A program made the position numbers and the translations under genes. DNA of 64,000 bases, taken from positions 74,810-138,809 of the forward strand of contig DKZK01000010.1 in assembly GCA_002493625.1 (NCBI GenBank). The letters are read 5' to 3'. Shown one piece after another: positions 9,496-18,455 of the stretch. The DNA comes from Lachnospiraceae bacterium UBA7076. Its GTDB lineage: Bacteria; Bacillota; Clostridia; Lachnospirales; Lachnospiraceae. How positions within the stretch are numbered: position 1 is the stretch's first letter; each line of letters begins with the position of its first letter. The notes beneath the pieces are model-generated. The model was given only the letters and a program-made list of their open reading frames with translations, did not search any database and was not told the origin of the DNA.

Positions 9496-11898
9496 TTACA
9501 TGATAAGCAAAATATCGTTTTCATCCTTAAGCTTATCAAAAGGGATATAATTATCAGACAATTTTTCATCGTTTAATATCAATGTCTTATATCCGCTCTG
9601 CGCCCCATCAGGGTTTGATACCTTAATATTAAGCTTCTTCCCTCTGTACATTTTTATAATCTCAAATTCTTTCCAGTCAGAAGAAACAGAAGGCGCCAGC
9701 CTAAGTCCCTCAAAGTCAGGTCTTATTCCCAAAATACCCTCGACGCATCCTACCATAACTGTAGACGCAGTACCGGTAAGCCAATGGACATGTGACCTGC
9801 CCTCAAAAGGACTGTCAGAACTTTCTGTAAACTGTCCGTGACAATATGGCTCAAGCTTGCGGATTTCCGCCTTATCATTCATTGACGCAGGTGAACTTTC
9901 TGTAAAATATTCAAATGCCCGGTTTCCATGCCCCATAAGCGCTTCAGCAAGTATAATCCATCCCTGCGGCTGCGAAAATATACCTCCGTTTTCCTTTGTG
10001 GAAGCATTAAACAGCAGCATAAGCGCTCCGTCAAACGCATGGTCTGCATAAGCAGGCGCCATAAGTCTTACTCCATAAGGCGTGTTAAGCTCCCTGTGTA
10101 CCGACTCAAGAGCTTTTTCTGCCTGTTCCCTTGTTGCAAGCCCGCTTATAACTGACCACGACTGTGGATTAAGCCACATGCTGGCCTCAGGGTCATGCTT
10201 CGAACCTATTATCATACCGTCTTCCTTGTAGCCTCTTATATATCTGTCATCTTCCCAGCACTTAGACTGAATGGTATCTCCAAGCTCCTTCTGTACCTTA
10301 TCAAGATATGCAATATACTCCGAATCATTTTTTCTTACGGCAAAGTCACGGAGAACTGTCATTGCATAATAAAGCTGCATTGCTACAAATGTTGATTCTC
10401 CCTTTTTTCCAAGCCTTAAGCAGTCATTCCAGTCTGCGTGAAGTCCTGCCGGCATGTTGTTATTTCCCAATCGGTTCATGGAAAAATCAATTGCTCTCTT
10501 TAAATGCTCATATACGGTTCCCTCACCGCCGTTTGCAAATAATATAACCTCGTCTATAAAATTCACATTGCCGGATTCCGCAATATACTTATATATGGTA
10601 GGAAAAAGCCAGAGCGCATCATCCGCCCTGTATGCAGGATGACCTGTCGCCTTTACATATGATGCATCATCCGGTGTATCCTCATGCCCCGCATTGTGGT
10701 TAAATTTAACAAGAGGAAGTCCTCCTCCGTTATCAACCTGGGCAGAGAGCATAAAACGAATTTTTTCCAGCGCCATTTCAGGAGCAAGATGTATTACACC
10801 CTGTATATCCTGAACAGTATCCCTGTATCCATATCCGTTTCTTAAACCACAGTATGAAAAGGACGCAGCTCTTGACCATATAAATGTCATAAAACATTGA
10901 TAAGCATTCCATGTGTTTATCATTGAATTAAATTCAGCACTTGGCGTTTTAACCTGTAAATTATCAAGCTTATCGCCCCAATACTTTTTAAGCTCAGCAA
11001 GCTCTTTTTCAGCCTGCGACTTTACGTCATCATAAGATTTTATAACCGCCTCTGCTTCAGCATCATTCTTCATGCCCAGGACAAACGCTATATATTTGGT
11101 TTCTCCCGGTGCGAGGGATATCTTTGTTTCCAATGCCCCGCACGAATTTGAGTTATAATTCAATTTATTTCCACAGTTACCATTTATAACAGCCATAGGA
11201 TTTGCATATGAATGATACAACCCTAAAAATTCCTCTTTGTCACCGCAATAGCTGGCAACCTCTCCGCCTGCCAGTCCAAAAAACCTTGTAAATGTAACAT
11301 TTCCGTCTACCGGAGCACCCTTATTTACATTTTCGTTTATAACCTGCTTGATTCTGTTTTCCTTAAAATATGTTCTTGTTATAAATAACGTATACTGAAG
11401 GTTTACCTGATCCTGCTCATAATTGTTATCGTTTGTAAACTCACAGTATCCGATTGTGGACAAATTTCTCGGCTTATCTGAATTATTTGTAACCTTGAGA
11501 TTCCACACCTCATGTGTTTTATCAAGAGGGACTAAATAAAGAGCCTCCGTATCAATACCGTCGTAGGATGCCTTAATATTCGTATATCCCGTTCCATGAT
11601 GACATTCACTTTTATAATTATCAAGTGACTTTCCAACAGGCTGCCATGATGCTGACCAGTAATCCTTTGTGTCATTATCTCTCAAATATATGTACCTGCC
11701 CGGCTGGTCAAAGCTGTTAAACACATATCTTAAAATTCTGCCGTTTGCCCCGGATTTTACAAAGCTATATCCACCTGCATTATTTGAAATAATGGCTCCA
11801 TACTCAGGGGATCCTAAATAATTTGCCCAAGGCGCCGGAGTGTCGGGCCTGTCAATCACATATTCCCGTGCAGCATCATCAAAATAGCCGTATCTCAT
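9496..11898 (-). CDS. GH94 glycoside phosphorylase (cellobiose/cellodextrin phosphorylase type)
   Basis: 800 aa. The N-terminus MRYGYFDDAAREYVI, the catalytic-region motif LHADWNDCLRLG and the motif HWLTGTAS match the cellobiose phosphorylase family by recall. Substrate is not determinable from the sequence. Confidence 0.85.
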   Translation of the reverse strand: MRYGYFDDAAREYVIDRPDTPAPWANYLGSPEYGAIISNNAGGYSFVKSGANGRILRYVFNSFDQPGRYIYLRDNDTKDYWSASWQPVGKSLDNYKSECHHGTGYTNIKASYDGIDTEALYLVPLDKTHEVWNLKVTNNSDKPRNLSTIGYCEFTNDNNYEQDQVNLQYTLFITRTYFKENRIKQVINENVNKGAPVDGNVTFTRFFGLAGGEVASYCGDKEEFLGLYHSYANPMAVINGNCGNKLNYNSNSCGALETKISLAPGETKYIAFVLGMKNDAEAEAVIKSYDDVKSQAEKELAELKKYWGDKLDNLQVKTPSAEFNSMINTWNAYQCFMTFIWSRAASFSYCGLRNGYGYRDTVQDIQGVIHLAPEMALEKIRFMLSAQVDNGGGLPLVKFNHNAGHEDTPDDASYVKATGHPAYRADDALWLFPTIYKYIAESGNVNFIDEVILFANGGEGTVYEHLKRAIDFSMNRLGNNNMPAGLHADWNDCLRLGKKGESTFVAMQLYYAMTVLRDFAVRKNDSEYIAYLDKVQKELGDTIQSKCWEDDRYIRGYKEDGMIIGSKHDPEASMWLNPQSWSVISGLATREQAEKALESVHRELNTPYGVRLMAPAYADHAFDGALMLLFNASTKENGGIFSQPQGWIILAEALMGHGNRAFEYFTESSPASMNDKAEIRKLEPYCHGQFTESSDSPFEGRSHVHWLTGTASTVMVGCVEGILGIRPDFEGLRLAPSVSSDWKEFEIIKMYRGKKLNIKVSNPDGAQSGYKTLILNDEKLSDNYIPFDKLKDENDILLIM

Positions 11899-11924
11899 TA
11901 TTTGCCCTCCATATCTTATCTAAA

Positions 11925-11965
11925 TTATATCAAATATGCCCCGCATTAGCGTAAACGGGGCATAT
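11925..11965 (-). terminator. intrinsic terminator after pnp
   Basis: Stem ATATGCCCCG / CGGGGCATAT (11934..11943 and 11956..11965), followed on the minus strand by a T-rich tract. Confidence 0.65.
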
Positions 11966-11979
11966 CATGCTTAAAATAT

Positions 11980-14061
11980 TTATGCGTCTTTGAGGCTTAA
12001 GCTTATCTTTCCCATTCTGTCAATGTCAAGAACCTTAACCTTAACCTCATCTCCGATATTAACAACATCCTCAACCTTTTCAACTCTATGATCTGCAAGC
12101 TTGGAAATATGAATCAATCCATCCTTATTTGGCGCAAGCTCAACAAATGCGCCAAAGTTCATGATTCTTACAACCTTACCCTCATATGTTTTTCCAACCT
12201 CAATCGGGTCAACAATTGAACGTATAATTTTAAGTGCCTTATCCATACCTGCCTGTTCAACGCCACAGATAGAAACACGTCCGTCATCATCAATGTCAAT
12301 CTTAACACCTGTCTCCTCTATAATGGAATTGATAGTCTTTCCTCTCTGACCTATAATCTCACCAATTTTTTCCGGATCAACAACAGTCTGAATAATCTTT
12401 GGCGCAAGCTCTCCTACGCTTGGTCTAGGCTGGCTTATTGCCGGCTTCATACATGTATCCATAATGAAAAGTCTTGCCTCACGGCATCTCGCAATGGCAC
12501 CCTCAACAATAGGTCTTGTAAGTCCGTGTATTTTAATGTCCATCTGAATTGCTGTAATACCTTCCGTCGTACCCGTAACCTTAAAGTCCATATCTCCAAA
12601 GAAGTCCTCAAGTCCCTGAATATCAGTGAGAAGTACATAGTCATCATCCGTATCACCGGTTACAAGTCCGCAGGATATACCTGCTACCATTTTCTTTATT
12701 GGTACTCCGGCTGCCATAAGCGCCATACAGGATGAACATGTAGATGCCATGGAGGTTGAACCATTTGACTCAAACGTCTCCGAAACGGAACGAATAGCAT
12801 ATGGGAATTCCTCCTCACTTGGAAGCACCGGTACAAGAGCTCTCTCAGCAAGTGCGCCATGACCGATTTCACGGCGTCCCGGTCCCCTTGAAGGCTTTGT
12901 CTCTCCAACTGAATAGGATGGGAAATTGTAATGATGCATATATCTCTTTGATACAACATTCTCATCAAGTCCGTCTAACTTCTGAGCCTCTGACAAAGGC
13001 GCAAGTGTAACAATATTACATATCTGTGTCTGACCTCTTGTAAACATAGCTGAACCGTGAACTCTTGGAATAGTATCAACCTCAGCGGCAAGCGGTCTTA
13101 TCTGTGTAATCTGTCTTCCGTCAGGACGCTTGTGATCCTTTAATATCATCTTTCTTACTGTTTTCTTCTGATACTGATAAACAGCCTCATCCAATACCTC
13201 AAGCCATCCCTCATTGTCTGCAAAGGCCTCCTCAAGCTTGTCCTTAATCTGTCTTATATTTTCCTCTCTGACCTGCTTCTCATCTGTAAATACAGCTTCT
13301 TCCATCTGCTGAGGTGTTACTATGGCCTTTATAGCCTCAAAAAGCTCCTCCGGAACCGCACAGCTTGTATATTCATGCTTAGGCTTTCCGCACTCTGCCA
13401 CTATCTGGTCAATGAAAGCGATAACCTTCTGATTCAGCTCATGGGCTGCATATATAGCCTCAATCATCTTATCCTCAGGAATTTCATTTGCCCCTGCCTC
13501 AATCATAATAACCTTATCCCTTGTGGAAGCAACGGTAAGCTTAAGGTCTGAAACAAGATTTTGGGTGGCATTCGGATTAAATACCAAAACGCCGTCAATC
13601 ATACCTACCTGAGTAGTTGCACATGGTCCGTCAAACGGTATATCAGATATAGCTGTTGCAATAGCAGAACCAAGCATCGCCGTAAGCTCAGGCGAACACT
13701 CAGGGTCAACTGAAAGAACCAGATTATTCAGCGTAACATCGTTTCTGTAATCCTTCGGAAACAGTGGTCTCATAGGACGGTCAATAACTCTTGAGGTCAG
13801 TATTGCATTCTCACTTGCCTTACCCTCTCTCTTATTAAAGCCTCCCGGTATTTTACCTACTGAATAAAGCTTCTCCTCATACTCAACTGAAAGCGGAAAG
13901 AAATCAATTCCCTCTCTGGGCTTCTCAGAAGCCGTAGCTGTTGATAAAACAACTGTATCGCCATAGTGCATAAGCGCCGCACCGTTTGCCTGCTTCGCAA
14001 CCCTGCCGACATCAACCCGAAGGGTTCTTCCGGCAAGCTCCATCTCAAATTTCTTGTACAT
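11980..14061 (-). CDS. pnp: polyribonucleotide nucleotidyltransferase (PNPase)
   Basis: Two RNase PH domains plus C-terminal KH and S1 domains (GKVVRIMNFGAFVEL). The ATG at 14061 lies 7 nt after AAGGAG. Confidence 0.95.
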   Translation of the reverse strand: MYKKFEMELAGRTLRVDVGRVAKQANGAALMHYGDTVVLSTATASEKPREGIDFFPLSVEYEEKLYSVGKIPGGFNKREGKASENAILTSRVIDRPMRPLFPKDYRNDVTLNNLVLSVDPECSPELTAMLGSAIATAISDIPFDGPCATTQVGMIDGVLVFNPNATQNLVSDLKLTVASTRDKVIMIEAGANEIPEDKMIEAIYAAHELNQKVIAFIDQIVAECGKPKHEYTSCAVPEELFEAIKAIVTPQQMEEAVFTDEKQVREENIRQIKDKLEEAFADNEGWLEVLDEAVYQYQKKTVRKMILKDHKRPDGRQITQIRPLAAEVDTIPRVHGSAMFTRGQTQICNIVTLAPLSEAQKLDGLDENVVSKRYMHHYNFPSYSVGETKPSRGPGRREIGHGALAERALVPVLPSEEEFPYAIRSVSETFESNGSTSMASTCSSCMALMAAGVPIKKMVAGISCGLVTGDTDDDYVLLTDIQGLEDFFGDMDFKVTGTTEGITAIQMDIKIHGLTRPIVEGAIARCREARLFIMDTCMKPAISQPRPSVGELAPKIIQTVVDPEKIGEIIGQRGKTINSIIEETGVKIDIDDDGRVSICGVEQAGMDKALKIIRSIVDPIEVGKTYEGKVVRIMNFGAFVELAPNKDGLIHISKLADHRVEKVEDVVNIGDEVKVKVLDIDRMGKISLSLKDA

Positions 14062-14179
14062 AATTAATCTCCTTAAAAAATATTTTGCATTAGAATTCCG
14101 AAACAACTGAAAAAACCATTACATCAGCGGAAATAATTTTTTCAGAAGTCTCGGTTTTATTCTAATTACAATCTATAAT

Positions 14180-14208
14180 AGTATACCATTTATATTTTTT
14201 TTCTTCAA
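14180..14208 (-). promoter_or_regulatory. sigma-A-type promoter of pnp (TTGAAG-17-TATACT)
   Basis: On the minus strand, -35 is at 14203..14208 and -10 at 14180..14185. A long leader hairpin follows at 14098..14154 (CTGAAAAAA / TTTTTTCAG stem). Confidence 0.55.
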
Positions 14209-14311
14209 GATAAAAATGGTTCATATTTCCTTTTGTATATTCCATCTGTAAAAAAGAGCTGTCACACCGGAACATTGATACCATAATAACAGAAATATGC
14301 CTTTGTCCGTT

Positions 14312-14376
14312 CCCGACGTAACGTATTTTTGCACAATAGCAGCTTGCCCGCAGGACATACGTTACTTAATACCGAC
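14312..14376. repeat. CGTTACGT-type palindromic repeat module
   Basis: GTAACGTAT (14318..14326) pairs with ATACGTTAC (14357..14365). It shares CGTTACGT and TTAAGTAAC strings with the elements at 20626, 32417 and 38275. Confidence 0.5.
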
Positions 14377-14467
14377 ATTTTCAAACAGTTTTCTTATATT
14401 ATGGAATAAAGGTTCTCAGCGCAACAGCCTCTATAATCTGAATTTTGCATTTACGTGAAAATGAAAT

Positions 14468-14962
14468 TTACCTTGCAACATTCATATGTAAATTCTTTTT
14501 GATATACTTTACCTCTGTTTCTAAAACCCCAACTCTTACTACAAGCACTTCCATCTCATTATTTGGTCTTATAACATCATTCATATTTCTTGCCAAATCA
14601 AGATGTCCTTCCGCTATTCTTTGAATGTTGACCCGAATTTCATTCTCAATTATGAGATTTGTTTTTGTAACTTCTTCCTTGACCTCTTTCATGTCGGCTT
14701 TCAGGATTGCCATTTCCTCCTTGACCTCTTTCATGTCGGCCTTCAGGATTGCTATTTCCTCCTTGACCTCTTTCATGTCGGCCTTCAGGATCGCTATTTC
14801 CTCCTTAACCTCTTTCATGTCGGCCTTCAGGATTGCTACTTCCTCCTTGACCTCTTTCATGTCGGCCTTCAGGATTGCTACTTCCTCCTCAACTCTGTAC
14901 ATTCTTGTATTTAAATCAATTACTCCCGTCAAAATCAAATCAAGCTTTTCACTGTCACTCAT
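14468..14962 (-). CDS. coiled-coil repeat protein (five 14-aa repeats xAILKADMKEVKEE)
   Basis: 164-aa ORF with five perfect or near-perfect 14-residue repeats and heptad-like hydrophobic spacing. No family recognised. Confidence 0.7.
   Translation of the reverse strand: MSDSEKLDLILTGVIDLNTRMYRVEEEVAILKADMKEVKEEVAILKADMKEVKEEIAILKADMKEVKEEIAILKADMKEVKEEMAILKADMKEVKEEVTKTNLIIENEIRVNIQRIAEGHLDLARNMNDVIRPNNEMEVLVVRVGVLETEVKYIKKNLHMNVAR
14672..14881 (-). repeat. 42-bp in-frame tandem repeat, 5 copies
   Basis: The unit TTCCTTGACCTCTTTCATGTCGGCCTTCAGGATTGCTATTTCC (plus strand) is repeated head-to-tail with a few substitutions. Confidence 0.9.
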
Positions 14963-15135
14963 TATTTCACCTTCTTTCGATTATTAACAATACGCTTCAT
15001 CTTAATTATGAACACATATAAATTGTATGGGTGGCAATACATTTATATTCTGATATATGCGTGTATAACATAATATCACAATCAAGAAAAATTAACAAGT
15101 ATATTTTATATAAGAAAAATGCGGGAGTTATAATA

Positions 15136-15399
15136 TTATAATTTACAATATAATTCCAACAATTCCATCAATTTAATTGCCAATGAATTCGAATAATCCC
15201 AACTGTCAATAATCCCTTTAGGATAATATGGATAAAACACATGAAAATTTCTTTTCTGTTCCATTTTATTTAATTCAGTTTTAATAAACGCAAGCTGTTT
15301 TTCTAACATATAGCTTGGACGCTTATCCTTATTCGTAAGATTTTCTTCTATGAGCGCCTTTGTTTCTTCCATCATAGCTTGAAATTCTGTCATGTTCAT
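15136..15399 (-). CDS. small hypothetical protein (87 aa)
   Basis: ATG is preceded by GGGGGA. It starts 47 nt downstream of the aroE-aroK stop. No family recognised. Confidence 0.6.
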   Translation of the reverse strand: MNMTEFQAMMEETKALIEENLTNKDKRPSYMLEKQLAFIKTELNKMEQKRNFHVFYPYYPKGIIDSWDYSNSLAIKLMELLELYCKL

Positions 15400-15446
15400 T
15401 TTTCCCCCACAAATTTCAAATTTGTATTTTCATCAAGCTTCTTGCT

Positions 15447-16919
15447 CTATCGGCTTGATTTTGCTTTGTTGTTTGTTCTGCTGTCGACTCTCGTTTGGAT
15501 TTCCCCTGCCACATCCTCTATGCTCTTATTATCCGTACAAATCACAGCATCAGCGCAAAGCAAATATGCAGGCTCTCTTTCTCTAAGCATACTGCATATT
15601 CTCTCATATGGATTTTCACACAAAAGAAGCGGTCTGTCCTCATTTCCTGAAACTCTCCTGAAAATAGTATCTGCTTCCGTTTTAAGATAATAAACCGTTC
15701 CCAAATCTTTAAGCAGTTCTCTGTTTTCATCTCTCATTGGAAGCCCTCCGCCTGTAGCTATTACAGCATTATGAAAACTCGTTCCCAAGTCCCTTACAAT
15801 GTCTGTTTCAAGCCTTCTGAAATATTGCTCCCCCTTTTGGGAAAATATGTCATTGATTGACATTCCCTCTTTTTTCATAATGTATTCATCCGTATCTATA
15901 AATTCATATCCAAACTCACGAGAAATATATTTACCCAATGTTGTTTTTCCCGAACCCATATAGCCGACTAAGACAATATTATTCCCCGTACCGTAAACTG
16001 CTGCGCAAAGCGCCCTATACACCTTGTCTGCCGTATCTTTATCCACAGCCTTTTTATTCCACAGCTCATTGGACATAATGCCCTGATACAAAAGCATTTT
16101 AATTCCATTCATGCATTTTATGTCAAGGTCTTCCAAAAGCTTTATAAACAGTGTTTTTGCAGGGTTATATATTAAATCCACTCCAAACGAAGCCATTTTA
16201 TAAAACTCTGCATCATCCACAACCGGAAGTCCGTCGCCCTCATGAAGCCCCACGGACGTACACTGAATAAAAATATATTTATCATTTGGTATTTCCTTAT
16301 ATTTTTCAGCAGCAACAGCATATATTTCAGGACATTTACTTTGTTTGCCACGACCGTCATAAACACAAAAGGCAGCCTCCATATCATCAGCAATTCTCCT
16401 TGCATTCTCTACTGTTCTGTTAATTATGTAAACTCTTTTTGCACCATATTTTACGCACATATATACAGCTGCCCTTGCTGCGCCGCCTGCGCCGAGAATT
16501 ATGACATTTTTATTTTCAAGGCTTATCCCCTCACTCTCTATCGCTTTGGCAAGTCCAGGCATATCAGTATTATACCCTGCATATCCCTTCTTGATTCTTA
16601 CAAGCGTATTGACTGCTCCTATGACCTTTGCCGCCTCATCCACCTCCACAAGAGAATTCATAACGCTTTGCTTATGCGGAACAGTTATATTCAGTCCCAA
16701 AATCCCTCTCTCAAATGCATCCTTAACTGCCAGATTCAAATTATTTTCTATATGAAACGGTATATATCTTTCATTTAAATTTAAAGCTCTGCTTATTGTA
16801 TCATGTATGACAGGTGAAAGGGTATGCTTTATGGGATTACCAAAAATCCCTATATATGTTTCCGCTTGCACATCCTTATATTCATCCAAAACATAATTCA
16901 AAACATTATACTTTTCCAT
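15447..16919 (-). CDS. aroE: bifunctional shikimate dehydrogenase / shikimate kinase (AroE-AroK fusion)
   Basis: The N-terminal half has AroE motifs (GNPIKHTLSPVIH, ILGAGGAARA). The C-terminal ~170 aa has the AroK P-loop (VGYMGSGKTTLGK) and DTDEYI. Confidence 0.9.
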   Translation of the reverse strand: MEKYNVLNYVLDEYKDVQAETYIGIFGNPIKHTLSPVIHDTISRALNLNERYIPFHIENNLNLAVKDAFERGILGLNITVPHKQSVMNSLVEVDEAAKVIGAVNTLVRIKKGYAGYNTDMPGLAKAIESEGISLENKNVIILGAGGAARAAVYMCVKYGAKRVYIINRTVENARRIADDMEAAFCVYDGRGKQSKCPEIYAVAAEKYKEIPNDKYIFIQCTSVGLHEGDGLPVVDDAEFYKMASFGVDLIYNPAKTLFIKLLEDLDIKCMNGIKMLLYQGIMSNELWNKKAVDKDTADKVYRALCAAVYGTGNNIVLVGYMGSGKTTLGKYISREFGYEFIDTDEYIMKKEGMSINDIFSQKGEQYFRRLETDIVRDLGTSFHNAVIATGGGLPMRDENRELLKDLGTVYYLKTEADTIFRRVSGNEDRPLLLCENPYERICSMLREREPAYLLCADAVICTDNKSIEDVAGEIQTRVDSRTNNKAKSSR

Positions 16920-17151
16920 ATCGTGCCTCCAGTTTTTAACAGCGTTACATCCATGCTCAAATTTACAAAGTATATCAAAACATATTACAAATTTACACGG
17001 AACATCTGATACAATTATTTTACATTTTTTAGAATATCAGCAACCCCCCTCATTTTCAAGAACAAAGTTCCTTTGGCGCTGCAGTCCGAGTCTTAACTTA
17101 CGTCTGCAAGAACCGTGCCTGTAGGAAATTTCTTCGAAATTTCCTACAAAG

Positions 17152-17179
17152 TAAAAAGAGACTGCCAAAACCGGCAGTC
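17152..17179 (-). terminator. intrinsic terminator after rpsO
   Basis: The minus strand reads GACTGCC-GGTTTT-GGCAGTC followed by TCTTTTT. Confidence 0.8.
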
Positions 17180-17191
17180 CCATGTATGGCC

Positions 17192-17458
17192 TTACTTTCT
17201 AAGTCCAAGCTTTTCAATAAGAGTTCTGTAACGCTCAATATCCTTACTCTTAAGATAAGCAAGTAAGTTTCTTCTCTGACCAACCATCTTAAGAAGTCCT
17301 CTCCTTGAGTGATGATCCTTTGGATGAGCCTTAAAATGCTCATTCAAGTCATTGATTCTTGCAGTAAGAAGCGCAACCTGTACCTCAGGTGAACCCGTGT
17401 CCCCCTCGCTTCTTCCGTACTTCTCAACGATTTCTTTCTTCATCTCGGTAGTAATCAT
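17192..17458 (-). CDS. rpsO: 30S ribosomal protein S15
   Basis: 88 aa. [18 protein letters not shown] and [16 protein letters not shown]-type motifs. Confidence 0.97.
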   Translation of the reverse strand: MITTEMKKEIVEKYGRSEGDTGSPEVQVALLTARINDLNEHFKAHPKDHHSRRGLLKMVGQRRNLLAYLKSKDIERYRTLIEKLGLRK

Positions 17459-17540
17459 ATTTTTTTCCTCCTAAAATAAATTATATCCAATCACCGGGTT
17501 ATGGTCGGAGTATTCCGGTAACTAAGTGATGGCATTGCCT

Positions 17541-17569
17541 ATAATAACATATCAACCGGTTAATGTAAA
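17541..17569 (-). promoter_or_regulatory. sigma-A-type promoter of rpsO (TTTACA-17-TATTAT)
   Basis: On the minus strand, -35 is at 17564..17569 and -10 at 17541..17546. A structured leader of about 75 nt follows. Confidence 0.5.
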
Positions 17570-17640
17570 CACTTTTTTGGTACTGTCACACTAAGAATAT
17601 GTTGGATTTGCCACATAAAAATATTTATATCATAATGACA

Positions 17641-18363
17641 TTATACTCCCTCAATTTCGTTCAGCTTTTCCTGTATCCTGTCCTTGACAAGCTGTGCAAG
17701 CTGAGGCTTTTTCATACCACCATATTCATCATAATATATCGGCTTTAAAAAATGCACCTGCGTTTCAACCTTCTCAAAGGTATTACTGTTCATGGATTTA
17801 TAGGAATCATAAATGCAGACGGGTACAACAGGTGTTTTCGTCTTTAATGTACAGCTAAAGCATCCGGTGTGAAATTCCTGAAGCTTATTTTTGTTATCCG
17901 TGTAACCGCCTTCGGGAAAAATAAGAAAATCACGACCCTTTCCCACTTCCTCCGTAACCTTCCGGATCGCTTTTACCTCATCTCTGGGATCCGTAAGATC
18001 TATTACAACTCCCTCAACAAGGCCCACAACCTGCCTGCTTAAAAGCCTGCTTGCCTGTACTTTTCCAAAAAGCATTCCGCAGGGCTTATCCAGTGCAAGT
18101 AAAATTCCTAATGCATCATACTTTCCCTGATGATTTGAATAAAAAATACATCCGCCCTCAGAAGGAATATTTTCTTTTCCTGTAACCAATGTTGTTGTGC
18201 GCGCCCTTTTCCGCAAATGATTCATAATACATTTTGCATGCTCATAGCGAACCCTAAGACTATACTTTTCCTTTTCCCTAATCATTTTATTTGCCTTTGG
18301 AACTGCCCACAAAACAAATAATCCGCTTGAAGCAACAACATATTTAAAACGTAAATTTAACAT
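17641..18363 (-). CDS. plsC: 1-acyl-sn-glycerol-3-phosphate acyltransferase family protein
   Basis: HX4D-type motif (SNHQGKYD) and FPEGG motif. The start at 18363 (MLNLRF..) is preferred because of an upstream AGGGG. Confidence 0.8.
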   Translation of the reverse strand: MLNLRFKYVVASSGLFVLWAVPKANKMIREKEKYSLRVRYEHAKCIMNHLRKRARTTTLVTGKENIPSEGGCIFYSNHQGKYDALGILLALDKPCGMLFGKVQASRLLSRQVVGLVEGVVIDLTDPRDEVKAIRKVTEEVGKGRDFLIFPEGGYTDNKNKLQEFHTGCFSCTLKTKTPVVPVCIYDSYKSMNSNTFEKVETQVHFLKPIYYDEYGGMKKPQLAQLVKDRIQEKLNEIEGV

Positions 18364-18455
18364 TATTATACCCCTGCCTTTAAACATCTGACATTTTATA
18401 ATTGCCTTCGCATATGCGGATGACACCGTGTCCCGGCAGCTTTGCCACCGACATA

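Noticed and set aside
14672-14881. Regularly spaced 42-bp repeats that could be mistaken for a CRISPR array.
   Set aside because: The repeats are directly adjacent with no spacers. They lie in frame inside an ORF with a good SD and encode a heptad-like coiled coil. No cas genes are nearby.
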